The notes below the pieces were generated by a model. It was not told the DNA's origin. It saw only the letters and a list, made by a program, of their open reading frames with translations, and made no database searches. From a virus, in the IMG/VR virus record IMGVR_UViG_3300010396_000002, positions 32,001 to 96,000 of that record: DNA of 64,000 nt; one strand, given 5' to 3'. The position numbers and the translations under genes are program-made. Below are positions 1 through 9,258 of the stretch, piece by piece; the stretch's first letter is position 1, and each line of letters begins with the position of its first letter.

Positions 1-4
1 CAAC

Positions 5-466
5 TTGAACAAGGGGCGCCAGAAGTTGAACAGGACCACGGTCCACCGCGGCGATCTTCGCTCTTCCTGTTCGTTCAACTTGAACGTCCGCCCCACTCGG
101 CTGAACACCGCTCTCTGCGCCGCCTACCTTGGCTACCTCGCCGGCCTCCTCGGGCTCGGCCTCCGAGGCGCTGCCCTCTCATGGGCCTACGCCGTCGCCC
201 AGGCCGGGCTCGCGATAGCTCTCATCGTCATCGTTGCCCGCTGGAGGTCGACTCGGTCGAGAGGCCGACGGCCGACGGTCACGGAGGCGTGCGCGGTCAT
301 CTGCGCAGCCGCCGAGATCGCCAACGCGGCGGGGCCGTACCTTCACCTGCCGCAGACATGGGCCCTCGGGAGGGTGACCTACGTCTGCTGCTTCCTCGCG
401 CTGACGGCAGTGCAGGGGGCCGGGACATGGACCACCTTGTTCGAGCAGGATCTGCGTGGCTGCTGA
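5..466 (+). CDS. Hypothetical membrane protein (start uncertain, possibly TTG at 80)
   Basis: About 4 hydrophobic segments; overlaps the next gene. Confidence 0.55.
   Translation: MNKGRQKLNRTTVHRGDLRSSCSFNLNVRPTRLNTALCAAYLGYLAGLLGLGLRGAALSWAYAVAQAGLAIALIVIVARWRSTRSRGRRPTVTEACAVICAAAEIANAAGPYLHLPQTWALGRVTYVCCFLALTAVQGAGTWTTLFEQDLRGC
73..85. promoter_or_regulatory. Palindrome GTTCAACTTGAAC, putative operator
   Basis: Perfect 13-bp palindrome. Partial copies at 1-10 (CAACTTGAAC, cut by the window edge) and 23-31 (AAGTTGAAC). Confidence 0.45.
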
Positions 467-738
467 CTCACCTGTGGCTGCTCTACATCGTCTTCGGGCT
501 GTGGGTCGTCGCGCTCCTCGCGTGGACGGTGCTCCTGCTCTACGCTTACCCGGTAGCCCGGCGACGCGAACGCCTTGCACGTGATCGCGAACGCCTTGCG
601 TTCGAGGCCCAGAAGGCAGCGGAACGCGCTACCATCTTTCACCTGGAAGCCGCGGACCGGGCCTCACGGACCGAACGCGCGCTCGAGGCACTGATTTTGC
701 GAGGGCGCTGGTTCGGGCGCCCTCAGGGGGGCTCGTGA
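427..738 (+). CDS. Hypothetical membrane protein with coiled-coil tail
   Basis: MDHLVRAGSAWLLTHLWLLYIVFGLW; TM segment then charged helix; stop overlaps the next start. Confidence 0.6.
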   Translation: MDHLVRAGSAWLLTHLWLLYIVFGLWVVALLAWTVLLLYAYPVARRRERLARDRERLAFEAQKAAERATIFHLEAADRASRTERALEALILRGRWFGRPQGGS

Positions 739-1016
739 TGTCGAACGAGGTGCTTGTGCTGTACCTAGTCGTCGGGCTGACGGTGATCACGCTGGTCCTG
801 CTCGTGCTCCAGGGCGTCACGCTCGGGATCGTTCTCGGCATGAGGCGGCGGGAGCAGGACCGTGGAAGCGCTCCGCCGAAGCCGCCGCCGGCGAAGGGCA
901 GGACGCTGCTCACGGCACGGTTCACCGCGGCTGGGGTGCGGGAGTCGGATCCAGAACCGGAGCCACCGTCGAGGCCGGCGCGTCTTCCTGCACCCCCGAT
1001 GCTTCGGGCTCGGTAG
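735..1016 (+). CDS. Small single-TM protein
   Basis: N-terminal hydrophobic helix and Pro/Arg-rich tail; GTGA overlap. Confidence 0.55.
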   Translation: MMSNEVLVLYLVVGLTVITLVLLVLQGVTLGIVLGMRRREQDRGSAPPKPPPAKGRTLLTARFTAAGVRESDPEPEPPSRPARLPAPPMLRAR

Positions 1017-1139
1017 CCTTCACGGCGGGGATCCCGGTCGGGGTCAGGCGCCGGACGCCGGCGTTGAGGCGCCGGAGCAGCTCCAGGGTGGTGGTCGGAG
1101 ACCCGTCGCACTGGATGCTCGCATCGGCGATGTGCTGGC

Positions 1140-1652
1140 TCATTTGAGCTTCTCCTTGATCTCCTTCAGCCCGTCGTGGAGGAACCTGAGCGTCGTCAAG
1201 GCCTCCACGAGCTGGCGCTGTATCTCCCCGCGCGTTCGGCGCTCTTCGTCGCGCTCCCCCTCGAGACCATCGAGCCTACTGTGGGCCCCGCCGAGCTGCT
1301 TGACGAGGTCATCGATCTGATGCGTCACCTCGTCGACTTGGCGCTGCATGGCCTCGATCGTCGAGAGGCTCGGGAAGGAGCCCGAGAGCCGCCTCGTCTC
1401 GTTCCGCTGCTCGCGCCAGAGCTGGTAGGCGCCGGAAATTTCTCTGCCAACGTAGGTCTCGAGCTCGGCGAAGCGCGTCTCGATGGCCTGGTTCGACGCC
1501 GCCGTCGCTGCTGCTGTCGCTGCTGCCTTGTCCTTCGGCCTTGAGATGAACGCGGAGAGCACCTGGCCCACCATGGCGAGCGAAGCGACGCCGATCGCCA
1601 CGTAGGCTGGGACCTGAGATGCCGCTGTCGCGGCGACGGTAGGATCGGCCAC
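1140..1652 (-). CDS. TM plus coiled-coil protein (possibly lysis-associated)
   Basis: One TM followed by a long heptad-like helix. Confidence 0.65.
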   Translation of the reverse strand: MADPTVAATAASQVPAYVAIGVASLAMVGQVLSAFISRPKDKAAATAAATAASNQAIETRFAELETYVGREISGAYQLWREQRNETRRLSGSFPSLSTIEAMQRQVDEVTHQIDDLVKQLGGAHSRLDGLEGERDEERRTRGEIQRQLVEALTTLRFLHDGLKEIKEKLK

Positions 1653-1673
1653 GGATCTGGAAGGTACTCTAGG

Positions 1674-2015
1674 TCACCCGTCCCTGTCGAACACGCATCG
1701 GGGCGGGGTTGCCCCGCCGGGATGTTCGCTCTTGAAGAGGGCCAGGTGGTAGGGGTGCTGGCGGTTCGCCCAGAAGCGGGCGCAGTTGCCCAGGAAGACG
1801 TCGCGCTCGGGGAGCACGGTCACCGCCTCATGGTCGGGGACCAGCCGGTAGAGCAGTTCGTCATCCAGGAAGCAGCGATCGTTGCCGCGCGCGTCTCGGT
1901 GGGCTCGGATCCCAGCGCGGAGCTTGCGGACCTCGAGCGCGAGCAGGACAACGGCGACGAGCAGCACGCCGAATGCCATGATGGCGAGCGCCATGGGCAC
2001 GGCGTTGTCGGGCAC
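1674..2015 (-). CDS. Hypothetical phage protein (TM plus GNDRCFLDD motif)
   Basis: GAGGG RBS before GTG; high GC3. Confidence 0.6.
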   Translation of the reverse strand: MPDNAVPMALAIMAFGVLLVAVVLLALEVRKLRAGIRAHRDARGNDRCFLDDELLYRLVPDHEAVTVLPERDVFLGNCARFWANRQHPYHLALFKSEHPGGATPPRCVFDRDG

Positions 2016-2016
2016 G

Positions 2017-2535
2017 TCAGCCCTCGCGCCGAACGAACCCGCTCCAGCCGTCGGCTTCGCTCGCCCTGCGGGCGGCGCGCAGCATGGTGAGGTGCTCGTC
2101 GGGCACCGGCTGTGGCGGCAGGCGCGCCGCGATGAACGCCCCCCTGTCGACGGGAGAGCCCCCGTCATCGAACTTGGTGAAAGGCCCGATCATCTCGGTC
2201 ACGAGCATGGCGACCGAACCATCGATCTGCTCGATGCGCGGCCCCGTCGTGACCATGGCGACGCCACAGCACTGGGCGCCATCGCTGTTCCGCGTGATGC
2301 AGTAGGAGACCGGCTCGGTCCGCAGGAAAGCCGCCTCGGGGTCCACCTCCCCCTCGGTTTTCTTGTGCAGGATCAAGTCACCGAACAGGACGTGGCGGCA
2401 CATCTCTCCGTCGACCAGCCTAGCGCCGGTCTCGAAGCGTACGTTGTTGATCCGCAGCCCCCCCGTACCCTGTCTCTCGCTGTAGAGCTCCAGGAAGAAG
2501 CACTCGCTCAGCATCCCCTTGACCTTGTCGTTCAT
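2017..2535 (-). CDS. Hypothetical protein
   Basis: High-GC3 ORF; -10-like TACCGT 6 nt upstream of the ATG. Confidence 0.6.
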   Translation of the reverse strand: MNDKVKGMLSECFFLELYSERQGTGGLRINNVRFETGARLVDGEMCRHVLFGDLILHKKTEGEVDPEAAFLRTEPVSYCITRNSDGAQCCGVAMVTTGPRIEQIDGSVAMLVTEMIGPFTKFDDGGSPVDRGAFIAARLPPQPVPDEHLTMLRAARRASEADGWSGFVRREG

Positions 2536-2554
2536 GCCCAGACGGTACCACAAA

Positions 2555-2925
2555 AGCCGACAGCCCCCGGGTGGGTGCCCCAGGGCCGTGGCTGCCGCGT
2601 CTCTTGTTCCGTTCCTGGGGTCAGCCAGGGGCGCGGCTACGGGTCCGGGTTTAGAGGTAGTGGGCTCCGGTCAACCACTCATCTCAGCGAGCATGCCGTA
2701 TCGGTTCGACGAAGCAGCCCCAGTGGGCCGAGCGAGGTTCCACCGTAACACGTGGTGCCGCCCCCATGGAAGCCAAGAGCCCCGCTCCCGAGGGGAGGGG
2801 GCTCCTGGTTAGCCCAGCTTGGTCGGTACCTGGGACCGGCCTGTCGCCTCTGCCGAGGGGTCTTACTTCGCGGGGCCCCTTCGGTCAGAACTGCCGGCGC
2901 GACCCGGCCTAAAGCTGGCGCTGAG
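2555..2925. ncRNA. Candidate structured RNA downstream of the GIY-YIG gene
   Basis: About 370 nt with no convincing ORF and nested inverted repeats (e.g. 2773-2808, 2849-2889). Confidence 0.35.
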
Positions 2926-2926
2926 C

Positions 2927-3739
2927 CTAAGGCGTCGGCTGGCGCGGGGTCAAGCCAGCGGCGCGTCTCTCGTGCGCTGCCCGGAGCGAGGCGCTTTTCT
3001 TCGTTGCTGTCGCAGCGCGCTCCTCTTGGGTCTTTGCAGCCATCGTCGCCACGGCCTTCGCTCGGCCCTTGAGCGAGATCGCGCGGCGCTCCTCCGGCGT
3101 CTGCGCCGCCTTGCGCGCCTTCGCAGCTTCGGACATCCGACGCCGTGTCTCGTCGCCGATCGAACCTGGCCCGTCGCCCCCCTTGGTCCCGTTGTAGCCA
3201 AGCGAAGGATCATCAGAACCGAAGTGCTCGACCCACCACGACTCGGCATCGTTCGCCGCGCCCTGACCCTCAACCTCTTCGAGCACTTCGGGAGCAAAGG
3301 CGTTGGCACCGTGCTTCGCCATTGCAAGGTGAAGCCGAAACGTCGGGCGCGGCTGCCGTGCGTGTGACAGGTGCTCCAACCATCTTGCGCCGAGCTTGCG
3401 CCGCGTGATGCCGACGTAGCGCTTCTGGTCCGGCGCATGCGTTACGCAGTAGACGATGAAGCGTCCCTGCGCGCTCGCCTGCATCTTGTCTCGCCGGGCG
3501 TCCCTCGTCGCCGTCCTAGTCTCATTGTGGCAACTTGGGCATGCGGCGACATGCCCTTCTTTTGATACCTTGCGCAACGCGCACAAGCTTCGCACGAGTT
3601 CGACACCGCAGACGCAGCGACAGAGCCAGAAGCGTCCGCTCGCACGCGCGCCAGCGGGTCGCTCCGCTGGCCGGAGCGCGGTCAGCTTGCCGAAGACATC
3701 GCCCGTAACGTCGTGAGCACGACGGGTCCTGTGATCCAC
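2927..3739 (-). CDS. GIY-YIG homing endonuclease
   Basis: IVYCVT...RYVGIT...RWLEH motif; N-terminal DVTGDVFGKLT...WLCRCVCG module; NUMOD3-like ETRRRMSEAAK. Confidence 0.85.
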   Translation of the reverse strand: MDHRTRRAHDVTGDVFGKLTALRPAERPAGARASGRFWLCRCVCGVELVRSLCALRKVSKEGHVAACPSCHNETRTATRDARRDKMQASAQGRFIVYCVTHAPDQKRYVGITRRKLGARWLEHLSHARQPRPTFRLHLAMAKHGANAFAPEVLEEVEGQGAANDAESWWVEHFGSDDPSLGYNGTKGGDGPGSIGDETRRRMSEAAKARKAAQTPEERRAISLKGRAKAVATMAAKTQEERAATATKKSASLRAAHERRAAGLTPRQPTP

Positions 3740-3750
3740 GCCTCAGCGTA

Positions 3751-5739
3751 TCACGCGAGCGGCGCTGGCGATCGGTAGGCTTGCGGCGGCATCGGCCGGC
3801 TCAGGATGGCCCATGCAATCGCTGCCGTGATGATCAGGTCGTCGTTGGCGCCGCTCTTCGCTCGGGCCTTCCCCCAGGCATCGACCACGAAGCTCCGGCA
3901 CTCCTCGAGCACCATGAGATCGGGCGTGCTCCACGCGCCCTGCCGATGATCCTGTTCGAGCAACGACAGCGCGCCCTCGCGACTCGGCCCCGAGGTGAGC
4001 CAGCCGTAGTGGCCGTCATGGTCCGTCCAGATGTGCGGGTAGCCGCACTGCCCGGCGCGGCCCCATGTCACGATCTTGGCGGCGAGTTCGGCCGACATGA
4101 TCGCTGGACCGAGATCCTTCGACGGCAGCACGCCGGCGATCATGCGTAGGTCGTGCGGGGCCGCTGAGATCGGGAAGCCGACCTTGGTGGCCGCCAGCGC
4201 GCCAGCTTCGTCGAGCAGAACGCCCGACAGCATGTCCGGCCGTACCAGCTCGTCGATGGCCGAGCAGCCCATGTTGTTGCGCTCGAGAGCGATGATCGCC
4301 TGGTTGAAGCGCAGTGCGAGCGCGACGGCGAGCCGGCCAAGCTCCTTCGGCTTCACCTGCCCATGCAGCGTAGCGACATGGCGCGGCTGCTCCCCGGCCT
4401 TCGTGACGCGCGTCCAGACCTGGAGCGCGGCGGGGTCGCCCCCTTCGCCGCCCGACGTGTCGCCTACCACGATGTAGAGCTGCTTCGGGTTGACGTCCTC
4501 GAAGATGCGCAAGCCGTACTGGGCCCCGCCACGGACCATCCGTAGCGACTTGTATGGGCGCTTCACGTCGTTCCATGCCTTCTCTTTCCTGGTCGCCTCC
4601 GCGATGAGGTGCTCGGTGATGTCCTTGTCGAGGTAGCACTCCCCCGACGCGATGAAGCAGGTGATCGGGTCGGTTGGCAGCTCCTTGTCGACGCGCATCA
4701 GCGTCTTCGCGCGCACCTGTGCCCGGAACCACTTTAGGTACTCCTGGACGACGCGGACGCGGTCTGGCTCGTCGGCGAACTTCTCGTTGAGCAGCGTCCA
4801 GCACTGCTCCTCGCGCACGCGACGCGCCTCGATCGACTGCTGGTCCGGCGTGCACGTCTCGCCTTCCTCGAGCGTGAGCCGGCGTCCAGGCAGCTCGAAC
4901 CAGGGGAAGAAGTGAGGGGTGAACTCGTCGCCCTCCGGCGATGTCGCGCGCTTCCACAGGCGGTGGAAGTATGGCCCGCCGCGAGGGTCGTTCTCGCTCG
5001 TCGAGACACCGCTCGGCGTCGTCTCGATCGTGACCTCGGTCGCCGGCGCTGGCGCCGTCACGGAGTTGAGCACGGAGTCCATCGTTGCAGCCGCGACCTC
5101 CCAGAACGCGATCTCGGTGCAGTGCAAGCGGTGCGTCGTGCCGCCACGGCCCTTCTTGTCGGCGGTCTGCTCGCTGGCGCCGGCCTCGAGCACCTCCAGG
5201 ATGCCGCCTCCGGCGATGGTAGCGAGTTGCCAGCGCCCCTTCGTGCTCGCGCGTGCTTGAAGCGGCACGCTAAGGCCCTTGCGCTGGAGGCTCTCCAGCA
5301 TGAGCTGCACCACGCGCGCGAAGTCGTGCTGCATCTCATGGTCGGACGACGTCTGGCAGACGACGCGGACCGAGACGCCCGGATGCACCAGCCAGAACCA
5401 GAGGTCCCGCGCGAGCTCGACCGTCGACATGCCGAGCTTCCTGGCCTTCAGCACGACGTCTCGCCCGGTGCGCGCTCGGTTGAACCGACGCTGTAGGTCC
5501 GTGAGCACCAGTGGTACCGGGCGCCCAGGGCGCTCGCCGTTAGGCCCGGCCTCCGCTGCGGGGACCTCGAGCTGCTCGCAGAACGCCTCGAAGTCGTCGC
5601 TGTACGTCGCCCGCAGGTGAGCCAGCGTCGAGAGCGGCTTCGTGTCGGCGACGGCGTTCGCGGCGAGCGCGTCGAGCCAGACGGACGACTCGGCTGGCAG
5701 GACCCGGACGACGGAAGCGGCTGCGGCGCGGCGGGGCAT
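3751..5739 (-). CDS. terL: Phage terminase large subunit
   Basis: Walker A VLKARKLGMST, Walker B LHCTEIAFW, motif C IETTP, nuclease motifs VVGDTSGG..GD, LERNN and DDLIITAAIA. Confidence 0.93.
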   Translation of the reverse strand: MPRRAAAASVVRVLPAESSVWLDALAANAVADTKPLSTLAHLRATYSDDFEAFCEQLEVPAAEAGPNGERPGRPVPLVLTDLQRRFNRARTGRDVVLKARKLGMSTVELARDLWFWLVHPGVSVRVVCQTSSDHEMQHDFARVVQLMLESLQRKGLSVPLQARASTKGRWQLATIAGGGILEVLEAGASEQTADKKGRGGTTHRLHCTEIAFWEVAAATMDSVLNSVTAPAPATEVTIETTPSGVSTSENDPRGGPYFHRLWKRATSPEGDEFTPHFFPWFELPGRRLTLEEGETCTPDQQSIEARRVREEQCWTLLNEKFADEPDRVRVVQEYLKWFRAQVRAKTLMRVDKELPTDPITCFIASGECYLDKDITEHLIAEATRKEKAWNDVKRPYKSLRMVRGGAQYGLRIFEDVNPKQLYIVVGDTSGGEGGDPAALQVWTRVTKAGEQPRHVATLHGQVKPKELGRLAVALALRFNQAIIALERNNMGCSAIDELVRPDMLSGVLLDEAGALAATKVGFPISAAPHDLRMIAGVLPSKDLGPAIMSAELAAKIVTWGRAGQCGYPHIWTDHDGHYGWLTSGPSREGALSLLEQDHRQGAWSTPDLMVLEECRSFVVDAWGKARAKSGANDDLIITAAIAWAILSRPMPPQAYRSPAPLA

Positions 5740-5743
5740 GGGC

Positions 5744-6004
5744 TCAGGAGCCTTCCTTGCCAGCGTCCATCGCCTTGTGGAGCTTGTAGAGCAGGCGCGA
5801 GACGCCGGCGACGAGAGACCAGTACGTGCCGTGCCAGCCGCAGTCAGCGGTCGATGGCGTCTCGACCACGTAGGCGAAGCCGGTCAGCTTGCCGGCCTTC
5901 GCCTCGGCGAGCAGCGTCTCCAGGCAGTTCACGATGCGCTGGTCGGGCGCGAGGCGGCGCTCCTCGAGCACCACCACCTCGCGCGGAGCCTCGTCGCCCA
6001 TCAC
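5744..6004 (-). CDS. Hypothetical protein
   Basis: Packed operon gene immediately upstream of terL. Confidence 0.6.
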   Translation of the reverse strand: MMGDEAPREVVVLEERRLAPDQRIVNCLETLLAEAKAGKLTGFAYVVETPSTADCGWHGTYWSLVAGVSRLLYKLHKAMDAGKEGS

Positions 6005-6264
6005 CAGACCCCGTACGTCTCGTGCTCGTTCTCAACCGCTAGCAGGCGCACGAGGCCGTACCGCGCCGGCTTCGGCAGACCGAGGCCGTGCTTCCGATCG
6101 ATCGCGGCCTGGACGGGCGCGCGCTGGCCACAGGCAGGGCAGCGCTCTGCGACCGCCATAAACGCGTCGAGGTCGGAGGTCACCTCGCCGATGGCGCCGA
6201 CACCGCACGAGAAGGCCAGTTCGCCGGCGCGAAGCGACAGGAGGCGCGGCGAGAAGTGCGTCAT
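6001..6264 (-). CDS. Hypothetical protein (CxxC)
   Basis: Overlapping start and stop codons. Confidence 0.55.
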   Translation of the reverse strand: MTHFSPRLLSLRAGELAFSCGVGAIGEVTSDLDAFMAVAERCPACGQRAPVQAAIDRKHGLGLPKPARYGLVRLLAVENEHETYGVW

Positions 6265-6704
6265 GGCTTTGTCAGCCTCGCCGCAGCGGCCTCAGCCTCG
6301 TCGTACGGCGTCGGGCATCCCTCAGCGTATTCGGCCGAGAACGTGATGCGGCCGGTGATGTTGATGACCCCGGGCAGCTTGGACGCACGCCGCAGCATGC
6401 AGTTGGCGCAGAGCACACCGGCGTCGGCCGGATGGATCGCCAGCCACTGCGCCTTCGGGATGAGCAGCGACAGCGCCATCGCGGCGTCATAGTCCGTGCC
6501 GCAGTCGAGGCATCGGACCGAACCGCTCCCTTGGTCGACGGCGGATGCGCGCTCAGCCGCGCCCTGCCTGCGCTGCTCTTCGGCCAGGTCGAGGATCGTC
6601 TGCGGTTGCTTGACGTGGAGCTTGGCGGCCTTCTCCACGAGGTCGGCGGCGCTCCGCTCGAAGCGTGCCGCGGCCATGAGGTGATCGCGGGCCTTCTGGT
6701 TCAT
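6261..6704 (-). CDS. Hypothetical Zn-finger protein
   Basis: CLDC...CANC; ATGA overlaps. Confidence 0.6.
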   Translation of the reverse strand: MNQKARDHLMAAARFERSAADLVEKAAKLHVKQPQTILDLAEEQRRQGAAERASAVDQGSGSVRCLDCGTDYDAAMALSLLIPKAQWLAIHPADAGVLCANCMLRRASKLPGVINITGRITFSAEYAEGCPTPYDEAEAAAARLTKP

Positions 6705-7078
6705 GTGATGACACCACCGGAGGTCTGCGCCGGAATCTGCACGATGACGCCGAAGACCTCGGCCAGCTTCTCCAGGTCGGCGCCCGTCGCCTTCAGCGGG
6801 TTGGCGGCATCCTCGGCGCGCTGAGCCGCACGACGCGCGCGTTCCATGTTGCGGCGCCAGCTAGGGCTGACCTTGTCCATGATCCGAAGCCGGAGCGCGC
6901 TAGAGAGCTCGCCGGGCAGGGCCACTACCCCGAAATAGGCGGCTCGCCGCTCCAGTTCGACGCGGACTGCCCACCGGCGCTGGCAGCGGTTGCGAGGCCT
7001 CCAGGACTCTCGGTCGTACCGCGGGCCCTTGCGGAAGGGACGCCCGCCCGGAATCCTCGTGCGCTTCTGGTGCGTCAT
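6701..7078 (-). CDS. Hypothetical protein
   Basis: ATGA overlaps at both ends. Confidence 0.55.
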   Translation of the reverse strand: MTHQKRTRIPGGRPFRKGPRYDRESWRPRNRCQRRWAVRVELERRAAYFGVVALPGELSSALRLRIMDKVSPSWRRNMERARRAAQRAEDAANPLKATGADLEKLAEVFGVIVQIPAQTSGGVIT

Positions 7079-7290
7079 GACGCCGCCCTCCCATGCGCGA
7101 GGCCGAGCTTGTACCAGTGAACGGCCTGGCTGTCGGCCTCGCCGGTGCAGTTCGAGCAGCGGTACCGCTTCCGGAGCACCTTCTCCGGGGTGATGTCGAC
7201 GAAGTCGTGACCCGAGCACCCGTCGAGCTTGGCGCCGTTCGCCTTCGTCTGCTCCCAGAGCGCGCGTGCCTCTTCGCGGGTCATCGGCAT
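7075..7290 (-). CDS. Small Zn-ribbon hypothetical protein
   Basis: CSGHDF...YRCSNC. Confidence 0.6.
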   Translation of the reverse strand: MPMTREEARALWEQTKANGAKLDGCSGHDFVDITPEKVLRKRYRCSNCTGEADSQAVHWYKLGLAHGRAAS

Positions 7291-7577
7291 CGGTCGGGTC
7301 CTTGCGCGGGCGGGACGCTGACCTCGATCATGCACGATGCGAAGTCGACCTTGCTCGTCGCCCCGCGGCCCGGGAAGAAGCGCTCCACCTGCGCGGCGAG
7401 ACGCTGGGGAGTCATCAAGTGCGGGTCCACCGGCTGCATCCAGGGAGGCGGGTCGGCCGCCATGCCCTTCGGGTAGAGCGCCTTCAGCTCCGAGCGCAGG
7501 GCCTCGAGCTGGTAGACGTCGCCGAAGCGGCGCACGTGCTCCTCGGCGAACCGCGCGCGCTCCGCGGCGGTCGTCAC
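7281..7577 (-). CDS. Hypothetical protein
   Basis: Packed operon, GTGA overlap. Confidence 0.55.
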   Translation of the reverse strand: MTTAAERARFAEEHVRRFGDVYQLEALRSELKALYPKGMAADPPPWMQPVDPHLMTPQRLAAQVERFFPGRGATSKVDFASCMIEVSVPPAQGPDRCR

Positions 7578-7765
7578 GGCTCCCTCACCAGCCGCCCCAT
7601 TGGCGGAAGCGGCACACCGGCGGCTGCCATCGCATCCTCGTGCCGCGCGAGGTCGATGGCAGCGTCCCAGATCCCGTGCCGGTCGCGCGTCTCGACCTTG
7701 AGGATCAGGTAGTCCTCCAGAACACGGTGATGGCGCTGCATATCCTCGGCCGACGGAGTCGTCAT
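7574..7765 (-). CDS. Hypothetical protein
   Basis: ATGA overlap; high GC3. Confidence 0.55.
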   Translation of the reverse strand: MTTPSAEDMQRHHRVLEDYLILKVETRDRHGIWDAAIDLARHEDAMAAAGVPLPPMGRLVREP

Positions 7766-8064
7766 GCTGCCCACCGTCGGCCGGCGGCGAGCCCGGCCTC
7801 GAACATGGCCACGAGGACGCGGAGGCTGGCTGCCGTCTCGTCGTCGCAGCGGTCCACGACCACGCACGCCCAATCGGTCGGCGCGTTCGTGCGCTTCGCC
7901 TCCTCGGCCGAGGCCAGGCGCACGTGGAGGTCGCGTGCCGCCTTCGACGCGGTGTCGAGCTGCACGACCAGTGAGATCATGTCCCGCCGGCCCTCGGGTG
8001 GGCGCGATGCGAGCCGGACCGGGCACGGTGTAGCGGCTTCAGCCGCCGTCGTCCTTGGCGTCAT
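7762..8064 (-). CDS. Hypothetical protein
   Basis: Preceded by CTGACC-17-TACGCT-7-ATG promoter-like arrangement. Confidence 0.55.
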   Translation of the reverse strand: MTPRTTAAEAATPCPVRLASRPPEGRRDMISLVVQLDTASKAARDLHVRLASAEEAKRTNAPTDWACVVVDRCDDETAASLRVLVAMFEAGLAAGRRWAA

Positions 8065-8096
8065 GCCCGGCAGCGTACCAGACCGAGCGCCGGCGG

Positions 8097-8285
8097 TCAG
8101 CGCGCAGCGCGGCTCTTGAACGCCGCGACGGTGGCGGCGAACAGGAAGGCCATCTCCGTGAGCTGCGGTTCCTTGCGCACGCCTTCGTCCCAGAGCTCGC
8201 GCCGCTGGACCTCGACGAGCTTCTGCTCCTCGGCCGAAAGCTTTGAGTCCGCCGGCCATGCCATCGGCACGTACGTATCCGGCAT
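8097..8285 (-). CDS. Hypothetical protein
   Basis: High-GC3 small ORF. Confidence 0.5.
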   Translation of the reverse strand: MPDTYVPMAWPADSKLSAEEQKLVEVQRRELWDEGVRKEPQLTEMAFLFAATVAAFKSRAAR

Positions 8286-8287
8286 GG

Positions 8288-8443
8288 CTACTTGTCGTCG
8301 TCCTCGGGAGGCTTGCCCTTCAGCTCCTCGCCGACCCAGTCCTTGGCCCACGTGATCAGGAACTCGGCGAGGCACAGGAAGGCGTAGGCCATGCCGAGCA
8401 GGACCAGCACGCCGCGGCTGTGACGCTTCGGGGGCTTCGTCAT
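8288..8443 (-). CDS. Small TM protein
   Basis: Single hydrophobic helix. Confidence 0.5.
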   Translation of the reverse strand: MTKPPKRHSRGVLVLLGMAYAFLCLAEFLITWAKDWVGEELKGKPPEDDDK

Positions 8444-8664
8444 CGGGTGACCAGGACCAGCGCGACAGCCGCGACGAACGCGACCACGATGGCGACGGTC
8501 CACCATGCAGCACGCACCCGCCGCTGACGGCCCTTCGCCTCGGCATCGAACCAGGCCACGTCGGTGTCGAACGCCTGGACGACGCGCGCCTGTACCGGCG
8601 GCACCTCCGGGAAGCCGGCAGGCTCGCCTCGATCGACCGTGCCCGGCTTCCGGTAGGTGTCCAT
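8440..8664 (-). CDS. Small C-terminal TM protein
   Basis: C-terminal hydrophobic helix; ATGA overlap. Confidence 0.5.
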   Translation of the reverse strand: MDTYRKPGTVDRGEPAGFPEVPPVQARVVQAFDTDVAWFDAEAKGRQRRVRAAWWTVAIVVAFVAAVALVLVTR

Positions 8665-8668
8665 CCAG

Positions 8669-8860
8669 CTACGCCTCGATCTCGGCCTGGTAGGCGAGCG
8701 CCGGCGCGCCGCAGGTGCAGTGCATGCACCCGTCGACCGGGTTGTGCTCGGCGATCGGGTGCTGGCAGCGGCCACATGCACCAGCGCCCACCGCGGCGAA
8801 CTGCTTCGCCGCCAGCGCTGCGCGGTCGATGACCTCGGGGGTCGTGGTGGTGGTGTTCAT
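8669..8860 (-). CDS. Small Cys/His-rich protein
   Basis: GGAGGAG RBS; CGRCQH...CMHCTC. Confidence 0.6.
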   Translation of the reverse strand: MNTTTTTPEVIDRAALAAKQFAAVGAGACGRCQHPIAEHNPVDGCMHCTCGAPALAYQAEIEA

Positions 8861-8955
8861 GGTGCTCCTCCGGCGGGTCCTCTTGCTGCGCCTCTTGCCC
8901 AGCGACCCGCCCACACCGGGCACCGTAACCGCTGTTTGGCGGCTTGTCGAGGCAC

Positions 8956-8986
8956 TGTGTGACAGCGCTCGGGCGCGTGTGTGACA
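8956..8986. promoter_or_regulatory. TGTCAYACA box pair (8956-8964, 8978-8986)
   Basis: Two TGTGTGACA copies 22 bp apart, intergenic. Confidence 0.75.
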
Positions 8987-9033
8987 GCGGGGTCAGGTCG
9001 CCGGAGCGGTCGGGAGCTTGGGCGGAGACTACG

Positions 9034-9258
9034 TCAGGCCGGAACGCGGTACCAGAGCGAGAGCGCGGTGAGCGAGATGCACCTGCCCGCCCACCCATGA
9101 CGACAGTTCTGGAGGGTCGCCATGCCCGTCGCTTCGTTGAAGCTCCGGAGCTTGTAGCGGTGCCACGGAGCCGAGCAGCGTTCGGACTGGAACTGGACGT
9201 ACTCGGCGCCGACCTCGGGCAGCGTGTGCCCGACCTCCGGCGGGTAGTGGCAGGCCAT
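9034..9258 (-). CDS. Hypothetical protein
   Basis: TGATG overlap. Confidence 0.5.
   Translation of the reverse strand: MACHYPPEVGHTLPEVGAEYVQFQSERCSAPWHRYKLRSFNEATGMATLQNCRHGWAGRCISLTALSLWYRVPA

Noticed and set aside
4020-4260. Intein in terL
   Set aside because: The extra segment lacks the C/S start and HN-C/S/T end motifs and is too short.
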